13,175 bases of DNA from Abditibacteriaceae bacterium (GCA_031372065.1 JANMKN010000346.1:1-13175), one strand, 5' to 3'. Counted from the stretch's first letter, positions 6,595 to 13,175 are shown. Program-made: numbers and translations. Notes: generated from the letters alone by a model not told the origin.

Positions 6595-8562
6595 ATGAGC
6601 ACAGCCACCACAATGGAACCGATAGAATCGCAGAAAACTGAAGCCGCTGAAGAACTCAGCGAGTTCGACTTCGACGTTCAAGAAGTTGAACAAGAAGACC
6701 CCGGCACGCGCATCGCGCGCTTGTTTTTGGAAGATTACGTTGTCACTTCGCTGCTGCGCCACGGACGCGCCCTGCGTCCCAGCGAAATCATTTCCGGACA
6801 GCCGGGTTTTTCGCTGTCACGCGCCGGATTAAAGGCCGGCTTGCACGACAGCAAGCGCGTTGTTCACACCGAGCGCGAGTGGGAATGGACTCTGCGCCTC
6901 GAACGTGCGGCTTGGACACGCGAAGAGAAAAATCGCCAACCGCTCGCCAGCGCGCTGGAAGATTTGCTGATCGCTATTGGCAAGCCAGTCAACACGCAAA
7001 TTATCGTGCGCGAAATGTCCGAAATGCGCTCGATGTTGACAGCTAACATCAAAGTGCCCGTCGAAACTTTGCTGCGCGATTCGCGTTTTGCCGTGCGCCT
7101 CAATGAAACAACGTGGCTGCATTCCAATTTCCTGCTTGATCCCGGCGCGCCGACAGCGGCATTGGTGCGCCGCGAAAATAAAATCGAAATCGATCCCGAC
7201 TGGATTGATTTACGCGAAATGCCATTGCCCGAACCCGATGGCACGCTGCGCGAACGCGCCGTCGAACTGCTCGAAACCGTCGGCCAACCGCTCTCGCGCC
7301 GTCTTTTGGGCTATTTATTATGGAATCAAACGCCCGAAAAAGTCACGCGGCAGGATTTGCTTGATTTGATGAGCGAACGCGAGACGTTCACTTCGCTTAT
7401 CGGTGGTTACATCACGCTGAAATCGCAGCTACCCCAGTGGCGCGGCTTGGTCGAAGACTGGCTTAGTGAAATGGGCGCCTCGCTGCCGGAAGTGGACGCC
7501 GTCGCGGTTTTGCGCCAGCGTCTGGCGCCTTCGCAAATTATCGCGCCCAAAGACTCCGATTTGGAATCGGTCAAGAAATTCGCGCGACGCGGCATGGCGC
7601 AAAACGGCATTCAGCCTTTTGAGGTCGCCAATGCCTTGTTGCACGCCTTGGAAATCGAATCCGACGATCCGCAATATGCGGGCACTTTGCAAGGCTTAAA
7701 CGACGCCTTGCGCCGCGACATGACCTATTTGCCGCTCGGCATTGGCCGTTTCATTTTGCGCGAAGCGGTGCCCGCCAATGTAGGACAGGTGCCGGAAACG
7801 CTGCGCCCCATTAGCTTGGAATTGCGCAACCGCGAAACCAACGAGCCGCTGGACATGGAAATGACCGACGAGGGACTTGAAGGAGACGGCGTTGAATTTG
7901 TGCATAGCCCGTTTTGGGAAGATGTCAACGAAGAAATCGAAGTTCGCTCGCCGCAGCGCCCCAAAGAACTCGAAACCAAATTCATTGTTCTCAACCACCA
8001 TTTGCGGGCAGGAACGCTGAAATTGCGCCGCATGGACGATGGTTTCTGGGGCATCGAAGGCAACCTGACGCGTCTGCCCGTTTTCGTCGAAACCGACGGC
8101 AAAGAAGAAAATTTAGCGGCGTGGGCCAGCAAAGAAAGTGGCCTGATTTATGGCCTCGGCGCTTGGTTTCCGACGCGTTTGCCCGCTTCCGGCGGCAATC
8201 TTCTTTTCGAGCGCGGCGCCAACGGCTTCCGTTTGACTATCGGCGAACCGGACAAAGCGACTTTTATCTCGCCAGAGCGCTTGCAGGTCTTGGAAGCCAT
8301 GCGTGATGCCTCGAAATTTCTTTCTTTGTATGAATTGCTACAAAACATCATGGCCGATGCAGGCGATACTGAACTTTCGAGCATTTGGGCGCAAGCCAAT
8401 GTGGTGCGCCGCACCAGCAAACGCTTGCTCGCTTCGGTTTTGTGCGCTTATTCGTGCTTTTACTTCAAAAAACGCGGCCCCGACCAGTTTTTCTGGCACT
8501 TCGCCGCTGACCGCGTAGACCAAGGCTTCAAGCGCAACAAACGCAAATTTGTCAGAAGGTAA
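6595..8562 (+). CDS. Hypothetical protein with repeated winged-helix (HARE-HTH/RNAP-delta-like) units, 655 aa
   Basis: Long ORF with an acidic N-terminus and a basic C-terminus (GFKRNKRKFVRR). A recurring L...LL...G.P(L/V)...L..d.rF...g.(W/F) pattern occurs about five times. The domain call was made by eye. Confidence 0.85.
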   Translation: MSTATTMEPIESQKTEAAEELSEFDFDVQEVEQEDPGTRIARLFLEDYVVTSLLRHGRALRPSEIISGQPGFSLSRAGLKAGLHDSKRVVHTEREWEWTLRLERAAWTREEKNRQPLASALEDLLIAIGKPVNTQIIVREMSEMRSMLTANIKVPVETLLRDSRFAVRLNETTWLHSNFLLDPGAPTAALVRRENKIEIDPDWIDLREMPLPEPDGTLRERAVELLETVGQPLSRRLLGYLLWNQTPEKVTRQDLLDLMSERETFTSLIGGYITLKSQLPQWRGLVEDWLSEMGASLPEVDAVAVLRQRLAPSQIIAPKDSDLESVKKFARRGMAQNGIQPFEVANALLHALEIESDDPQYAGTLQGLNDALRRDMTYLPLGIGRFILREAVPANVGQVPETLRPISLELRNRETNEPLDMEMTDEGLEGDGVEFVHSPFWEDVNEEIEVRSPQRPKELETKFIVLNHHLRAGTLKLRRMDDGFWGIEGNLTRLPVFVETDGKEENLAAWASKESGLIYGLGAWFPTRLPASGGNLLFERGANGFRLTIGEPDKATFISPERLQVLEAMRDASKFLSLYELLQNIMADAGDTELSSIWAQANVVRRTSKRLLASVLCAYSCFYFKKRGPDQFFWHFAADRVDQGFKRNKRKFVRR

Positions 8563-8633
8563 TGGGTTATCGGTGATAGGTTATAGGAGAAACAAAACCC
8601 ATCACTCATCACCAATAACCAATTACCTCTTTT
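8557..8633 (+). repeat. Heptamer-repeat inverted hairpin, probable terminator or mRNA stabiliser
   Basis: Left arm GGTAATG GGTTATC GGTGATA GGTTATA GG (8558-8587), right arm CC CATCACT CATCACC AATAACC AATTACC (8598-8627), then TCTTTT. Overlaps the stop codon at 8560-8562. Confidence 0.8.
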
Positions 8634-8636
8634 GTC

Positions 8637-8665
8637 TTGTGCCGAATTTCACAAGGGGCTAAACT
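8637..8665 (+). promoter_or_regulatory. Putative sigma-70 promoter of nuoAB
   Basis: TTGTGC (8637-8642), 17-nt spacer, TAAACT (8660-8665). Confidence 0.5.
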
Positions 8666-8701
8666 GCGGCTGGAATTGACCCCAAATCAGGAATTCACGT
8701 C

Positions 8702-9091
8702 ATGAATCAATTTTTCGATGGCACATTGCTTGACCCGAAAGCACCTTATTTAGCGCTGATTATTTTGCTGGTTATCGGGCTGGCAGCAGGCGGCATTTTT
8801 CTGTTGATGTCGAATTTTCTGGGGCCGCGCCGTCCCAGCAAAGTGAAAAGTATGCCGTATGAATGCGGCATAGACCCGGTGGGCGATGCGCGCATTCGGT
8901 TTTCGGTCAAGTTTTACATCATTGCGATGTTATTTATCTTGTTCGACATCGAAGCGATTTTCATGTATCCGTGGGCCGTGATGTTCAAGCAACTGCGCTT
9001 ATTTGGCTTATTTGAAATGCTGGTTTTTCTTGGCCTTTTAATCGGTGGCTACATTTATTTGTGGCGACGCGGCGCGCTGGAATGGGAGTAA
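8702..9091 (+). CDS. nuoA: NADH-quinone oxidoreductase subunit A
   Basis: Three TM helices; [34 protein letters not shown] and C-terminal WRRGALEWE. Confidence 0.97.
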   Translation: MNQFFDGTLLDPKAPYLALIILLVIGLAAGGIFLLMSNFLGPRRPSKVKSMPYECGIDPVGDARIRFSVKFYIIAMLFILFDIEAIFMYPWAVMFKQLRLFGLFEMLVFLGLLIGGYIYLWRRGALEWE

Positions 9092-9093
9092 AA

Positions 9094-9747
9094 ATGAACA
9101 ATCCGAATATCATTTCGCTGGAACCACACGGGCCAATTACCGGCGCCAATCCGACATCGGAAAATTTAGAAGACCATGTTGGATTGGCGATGCTGGAAGA
9201 CCTTGTCAATTGGGCGCGCAAAGGCTCGCTGTTTCCGCTGACCTTTGGTTTGGCCTGCTGCGCCATCGAAATGATGGCAACCGTCGGCGCCAAATACGAC
9301 ATTGCGCGTTTTGGCTCCGAAGTGTTTCGCGCTTCGCCGCGCCAAGCTGATGTGATGATCGTCGCGGGCCGCGTTTCGCAAAAAATGGCGCCCGTGTTGC
9401 GTCAGATTTACGACCAAATGGCCGAGCCGAAATGGGTGATTTCGATGGGCGCCTGCGCTTCGTGTGGCGGCGTTTTCAATAACTACGCCATTGTGCAGGG
9501 CGTTGACCGCATTGTGCCCGTTGATATTTATGTGCCCGGCTGCCCGCCGCGTCCCGAACAATTAATTTGGGGCATCATGCAATTGCACAAAAAAATCGAG
9601 CGCGAAGGCTTGCGACGCGGCAAAGGCGATAGCATTAACAAACCCACCGCCGTGCGCACACCCGCTATCGAAGACGCGCGCCGCACTTTGGACGCTATCG
9701 TCAAAAGCAATGGTAAACCCGGCGTGCCGGATGTCATTGAGTTGTAA
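9094..9747 (+). CDS. nuoB: NADH-quinone oxidoreductase subunit B
   Basis: [50 protein letters not shown]. Start set at ATG 9094 (GGAG at 9085-9088, 2 nt after the nuoA stop) rather than GTG 9061. Confidence 0.97.
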   Translation: MNNPNIISLEPHGPITGANPTSENLEDHVGLAMLEDLVNWARKGSLFPLTFGLACCAIEMMATVGAKYDIARFGSEVFRASPRQADVMIVAGRVSQKMAPVLRQIYDQMAEPKWVISMGACASCGGVFNNYAIVQGVDRIVPVDIYVPGCPPRPEQLIWGIMQLHKKIEREGLRRGKGDSINKPTAVRTPAIEDARRTLDAIVKSNGKPGVPDVIEL

Positions 9748-9750
9748 GGT

Positions 9751-9827
9751 AACCCCATCCCCGGCCTCCTGCCCACAAGTGGGCGCCCGCATTGAAACAG
9801 CAAAGGGGAAGGGCCGGGGATGGGGTT
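9751..9827. repeat. REP-like palindromic element
   Basis: Perfect 16-bp inverted repeat AACCCCATCCCCGGCC (9751-9766) / GGCCGGGGATGGGGTT (9812-9827), with an inner palindrome GCCCAC-AA-GTGGGC (9771-9784). Confidence 0.75.
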
Positions 9828-9835
9828 TTATTTCC

Positions 9836-10390
9836 ATGAAAAAACTTCTGCCCTTCGCCGTTGCCGCCGCATTGTTTTCTGCCCCTTCTCATGCCGATAC
9901 AAATTCGGCCTCGAAATTTGCCTCCGGCGCCGGAACGGTGCTTTATTTGGGCATTGGCACGCTTCTTCCTTTAGCAACGGATGGCAAAGCGGGCAAAGAA
10001 CACAGCATTCGCGCGGCGGATTCGATTCTCACGTCCGTTGCCATTTCCGAAGCGCTCAAGCGCGTGGTGCATGAAGAGCGGCCCGATAAATCGGATGATC
10101 AGAGTTTTCCCAGCACGCACGCTACGGCAGCGTTTGCGCTTGCGACGGTGCAAAGTCATTATCATCCCAAGCAGGCGCTGCTTTGGTATGGCGGCGCGAC
10201 GTTAATTGGCGCTTCGCGGGTGGATTTGGATAAGCATCACTGGCACGATGTCGCTGCCGGTGCCGCTTTGGGCTATTTCACGGCGAAGTTTGAATTAAAG
10301 CAGTCGCGCGGTCTGATTTTGCGGCCTTTTCTCAAACGCGAAGGCGCCACGCGCACTGTTCAAGGCTTGCAAGTGACGCATTTGTTTTGA
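9836..10390 (+). CDS. PAP2-family phosphatase with signal peptide (184 aa)
   Basis: Motifs KRVVHEERP (KX6RP), SFPSTH (PSGH variant) and SRVDLDKHHWHD (SRX5HX3D). N-terminus MKKLLPFAVAAALFSAPSHA is a signal peptide. Start moved to 9836 because the 9710 start overlaps nuoB and reads through the palindrome. Confidence 0.9.
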   Translation: MKKLLPFAVAAALFSAPSHADTNSASKFASGAGTVLYLGIGTLLPLATDGKAGKEHSIRAADSILTSVAISEALKRVVHEERPDKSDDQSFPSTHATAAFALATVQSHYHPKQALLWYGGATLIGASRVDLDKHHWHDVAAGAALGYFTAKFELKQSRGLILRPFLKREGATRTVQGLQVTHLF

Positions 10391-10429
10391 TTGTTAAATT
10401 TTCTTGACGCCAATATTTCACGCAACCAC

Positions 10430-10458
10430 TTGTTGTTTTTAACGTTTCTCTGTATGCT
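10430..10458 (+). promoter_or_regulatory. Putative sigma-70 promoter for the speD leader
   Basis: TTGTTG (10430-10435), 17-nt spacer, TATGCT (10453-10458). Predicted start near 10465, where the structured sequence begins. Confidence 0.55.
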
Positions 10459-10464
10459 TTAAAC

Positions 10465-10596
10465 GCTGCCTGACGAAGCCGTTCGCGGCGCGAAAAAATC
10501 AAAGTTCAGACCCCAAATCATGGTCTGTAAAGTCACACTGGGGGCCTAACTCGCAAGAGCGAGGATTAGTCCTGATTCTGGTGTGGCCTTTTTTTT
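10465..10596 (+). ncRNA. Candidate riboswitch/attenuator upstream of speD
   Basis: Three hairpins ending in an 8-T tract (10589-10596), with loop-bulge complementarity AATCA (10516-10520) / TGATT (10573-10577). No named family recognised. Confidence 0.55.
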
Positions 10597-10718
10597 CGCC
10601 CGAAACCGGCACATCGTGCAGCCAAGACGGAACTGCAATGCCCGTTCGCGGTGCGGACAGCGCAGAAAAATCCATAAGAAATAGCCGCGAAAGGAGTGTG
10701 GCCCGGTTAACAAAAAGG

Positions 10719-10783
10719 TGGAATGGCGAATGCGGAGTGCGGAATAAATATTCCGAATTCCAAATTCTGAATTCCAACTTCCA
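10719..10783 (+). repeat. Heptamer-repeat inverted hairpin inside the speD leader
   Basis: TGGAATG GCGAATG CGGAGTG CGGAAT, loop AAAT, then ATTCCGA ATTCCAA ATTCTGA ATTCCAA CTTCCA. Confidence 0.75.
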
Positions 10784-10845
10784 AAGGTCGGGCATAACGG
10801 ACGGCGTGGGGCCAAAACGTCCCCGTCGTAAAAAGGAGAGCGAAA

Positions 10846-11373
10846 ATGCATCTGGTAATTGAGGGACGGGGCGGCGACTGGCACAAACTGCAAGATTTGC
10901 CCGCATTGTATGAGTTGTTGGACACACTGCCGGGGCGGATTAACATGACCAAAATCATGCCGCCGATTGTTACCCGCTACGTCGGCGTGACACCGGAAGA
11001 TTGGGGCATCAGCGGTTTCGTGATGATTGCAGAATCGCACATCTCCGTTCACACGTTTCCCGAAAGTGGCGAAGTTTCGATTGACGTGTTTTCCTGCAAG
11101 GAATTCGACCCAGCCAAAACCTGCGACATCTTGATGGAGCAATTCGGCTTGGCTTCGGTGGAAACTTGCGTGCTGCGTCGCGGTCTGGAATATGGACTCG
11201 AAACCACCATGCTGCCCACGCGCATGGCGAAACAGGTGACGGCTTACACACCAAACGTCACCCGCCCAGACGCCGCATTGGAATTGGCTGGCGTCGGTGC
11301 AGAGGAACTCTCCACCGCACTCAACGGTTATCATCCCAATGGTTACGAAACCAATGGCACGCCGTTGAACTAA
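10846..11373 (+). CDS. speD: Pyruvoyl-dependent S-adenosylmethionine decarboxylase family proenzyme (class 1b SpeD-like); substrate not certain
   Basis: N-terminal HLVIEG, self-cleavage motif GISGFVMIAE|SHISVHTFPE (E63/S64), IDVFSC, LRRG; RBS AAGGAG at 10833-10838; ~60-aa C-terminal extension. Confidence 0.88.
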   Translation: MHLVIEGRGGDWHKLQDLPALYELLDTLPGRINMTKIMPPIVTRYVGVTPEDWGISGFVMIAESHISVHTFPESGEVSIDVFSCKEFDPAKTCDILMEQFGLASVETCVLRRGLEYGLETTMLPTRMAKQVTAYTPNVTRPDAALELAGVGAEELSTALNGYHPNGYETNGTPLN

Positions 11374-11386
11374 AATTCACACCCCC

Positions 11387-11426
11387 AAAAGCCCGCACCT
11401 GTCAAAAGGTGCGGGCTTTTTGTTTT
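11387..11426 (+). terminator. Intrinsic terminator after speD
   Basis: Perfect 14-bp stem AAAAGCCCGCACCT-GTCAAA-AGGTGCGGGCTTTT followed by TGTTTT. Confidence 0.9.
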
Positions 11427-11458
11427 ACTGGCGGTGAATTCACGCGCCATCTCATCCG

Positions 11459-13175
11459 ATGAACCACCAATTTCTCCTTTGCACCCTTCTTCTTGCGCCT
11501 TCGCCGGCATTTGCCGCGCCTGCGCCGACGTATAACCGCGATGTGCGGCCTATTTTGTCGGATAAATGCTTCCCTTGCCATGGGCCGGACTCGGCCAAGC
11601 GCAAGGCAGGCTTGCGACTTGACCAACGAGAGAATGCCCTTGCCAAAGGCGCCTTTGTGCCGGGCGATGTCGTCAAAAGCGAACTCGTAAAACGCATCCT
11701 TTCGCACGACGAAAACGAAATTATGCCGCCGCCGGAAGCGAAATTAGAGCCGCTCAAAGCCTCGGAGATCGAAACGATCAAGCAATGGGTCAAAGCGGGC
11801 GCCAAATATGAGGCGCATTGGAGTTTTATCGCGCCGCAAGCGCCTAAAGTGCCCGCCGAAGGCGCGCTTTCGCCGATTGACAACTTCGTGCGCGCCACTT
11901 TAAAGCAGCGCGGCCTCAAGCCGCAGCCCAAAGCGTCGCGTGAAACGCTCATGCGCCGCCTGAGTTTTGATTTGACCGGACTGCCGCCTACGCCCGACGA
12001 GATTCGCGACTTTTTGGACGACAAATCGGCTAATTCTTACGAAAAAGTCGTGGATAAACTGCTGGCAAGCCCTCGTTACGGCGAACGAATGGCGACTGAT
12101 TGGCTGGATTTGTCGCGTTACGCCGACAGTTATGGCTTCCAAGTTGACCGAGAACGCGATATGTGGATGTGGCGCGATTGGGTTATCAAGGCGTTCAACG
12201 AAAATTTGCCCTACGACAAGTTTGCAACGTGGCAGATTGCCGGAGATTTGCTGCCCAATGCCACTGATGAGCAGATTTTAGCCACTGCGTTTAACCGTTT
12301 GCATCAACAAGAAGCCGAAGGCGGCAGTGTCGAGGAGGAATATCGCGTTGAATACATCTCTGACCGTGTTCAAACCTTCTCGACGGCCTTTTTGGGGCTG
12401 ACAAACGAGTGTGCGCGCTGCCACGATCACAAATTCGACCCGATTTCGCAAAAAGAATACTACCAACTGGGCGCTTATTTTCAGAACATAGACGAAGCGG
12501 GGCTGTATTCTTTCTTCACGCCGTCGCCGCCCACGCCCGCGCTCATGCTTTTGGACGAAAAAGGCAAGGCGCGACACGCCGAATTACTACAAAATATCGC
12601 CAAATTGGAAGCGCAAATCGCCCCAAACGAGGCGCAAATCGCTTCTTTCGAGGCTTGGATGAAAAATCGTCCGACAAATATCGAAATTCCGGGCGAAATC
12701 GGGCATTTTTCCTTCGAGGCACTCGATAAAGGCAAGTTGGCTAACGAAATCAGCGCCGATAAACCTGCCACTTTGAACGGCGAAAACAAAATTGTGCCCG
12801 GCAAAATCGGCAACGCCGTCGAGTTTTCCGGCGATGACGCCGTGGATTTGCCCTTTGGCAACTTTCAAAGGCATGAGCCGTTCTCTGTTGCCTTGTGGCT
12901 CAAAACGCCGGACGAAAAAGAGCGCGCGGTGGTTTTTCATCGTTCGCGGGCGTGGACAGATGCCGCCAGCCGGGGCTATGAATTGCTCATCGAAGGTGGC
13001 AAATTGAAGTGGTCGCTCATTCATTTCTGGCCCGGCAACGCCATTTCCATCGGGGATAAGAATAAATTGCCGCTCAACCAGTGGACACACGTCCTTGTCA
13101 CCTACGATGGCTCCAGTCGCGCCGCCGGTTTGCACATTTATGTCAATGGTGCGCCGGTTGAAAGCGAAATTATCA
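11459..13175 (+). CDS. Planctomycete cytochrome c domain / DUF1549 / LamG protein (DUF1553 expected downstream); truncated at window edge
   Basis: Not in ORF track. Open from ATG 11459 to the edge: signal peptide MNHQFLLCTLLLAPSPAFA, YNRDVRPILSDKCFPCHGPD (CxxCH 11567-11581), MPP, HWSF, PIDNFV, LMRRLSFDLTGLPPT, YGERMATDWLDLSRYADS, CARCHDHKFDPI (CxxCH 12410-12424), LamG-like FSVALWLK...QWTHVLVTYDG...IYVNG. Confidence 0.93.
   Translation, partial: MNHQFLLCTLLLAPSPAFAAPAPTYNRDVRPILSDKCFPCHGPDSAKRKAGLRLDQRENALAKGAFVPGDVVKSELVKRILSHDENEIMPPPEAKLEPLKASEIETIKQWVKAGAKYEAHWSFIAPQAPKVPAEGALSPIDNFVRATLKQRGLKPQPKASRETLMRRLSFDLTGLPPTPDEIRDFLDDKSANSYEKVVDKLLASPRYGERMATDWLDLSRYADSYGFQVDRERDMWMWRDWVIKAFNENLPYDKFATWQIAGDLLPNATDEQILATAFNRLHQQEAEGGSVEEEYRVEYISDRVQTFSTAFLGLTNECARCHDHKFDPISQKEYYQLGAYFQNIDEAGLYSFFTPSPPTPALMLLDEKGKARHAELLQNIAKLEAQIAPNEAQIASFEAWMKNRPTNIEIPGEIGHFSFEALDKGKLANEISADKPATLNGENKIVPGKIGNAVEFSGDDAVDLPFGNFQRHEPFSVALWLKTPDEKERAVVFHRSRAWTDAASRGYELLIEGGKLKWSLIHFWPGNAISIGDKNKLPLNQWTHVLVTYDGSSRAAGLHIYVNGAPVESEII

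Noticed and set aside
6308..6641. ORFs 6308-6613 (-) and 6366-6641 (+)
   Set aside because: No RBS or recognisable motif, both overlap the 655-aa gene start, and the region is better explained by promoter, RNA structure and terminator.
8557..8633. CRISPR-like repeats
   Set aside because: Units are 7 nt, tandem without spacers and inverted; no cas genes. The same applies to 10719-10783.
9710..9835. N-terminal extension of the PAP2 ORF
   Set aside because: Overlaps nuoB and translates the palindrome; the signal peptide begins at ATG 9836.
10470..10495. Hammerhead-like core CUGACGA-stem-GAAA
   Set aside because: Stem II lacks the closing R-Y pair next to the core, and no stems I and III with an NUH cleavage site can be formed in either topology.
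10581..10862. Upstream ORF overlapping the speD start (leader-peptide control)
   Set aside because: The GTG at 10581 lies in the terminator stem, and the internal GTG at 10698 is only 1 nt from AAGGAG and inside a stem. The peptide mostly translates the heptamer repeats. Ribosome profiling could revive this idea.
11402..13135. Several minus-strand and off-frame ORFs (e.g. 11452-12024, 12587-13135)
   Set aside because: Shadows of the plus-strand cytochrome c/DUF1549 CDS starting at 11459.

Overview
Bacterial chromosomal window of mixed housekeeping and accessory content. The combination of genes suggests an Armatimonadota/Abditibacteriota-like lineage, which is inference only. Minus strand, left: a 52-aa Flp/type IVb pilin gene missing from the ORF track (2990-3148), with a canonical sigma-54 -24/-12 promoter and its own terminator. 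It is followed by two tandem paralogous multi-TM GT-C-like membrane proteins (1140-2879 and <1-1129, the second truncated by the window edge and also missing from the track). Plus strand: rimO, an orphan PAS-HisKA-HATPase (PhoR/WalK-like) kinase, a 655-aa protein with about five winged-helix-like repeats, an isolated nuoA-nuoB pair, a PAP2 phosphatase, a pyruvoyl-dependent SpeD-family decarboxylase, and a truncated planctomycete-type cytochrome c/DUF1549/LamG protein (11459->13175). The most interesting signals are non-coding. (i) A ~380-nt highly structured leader lies upstream of speD; its first module is a terminator-like stem with a 5-nt bulge complementary to the loop of the preceding hairpin, a candidate pseudoknotted riboswitch. 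(ii) A promoter-structured RNA-competing terminator unit at 6423-6553 lies upstream of the winged-helix repeat gene. Two heptamer-repeat hairpins and a REP-like palindrome are also present. All folds and family calls were made by eye; no searches were run.
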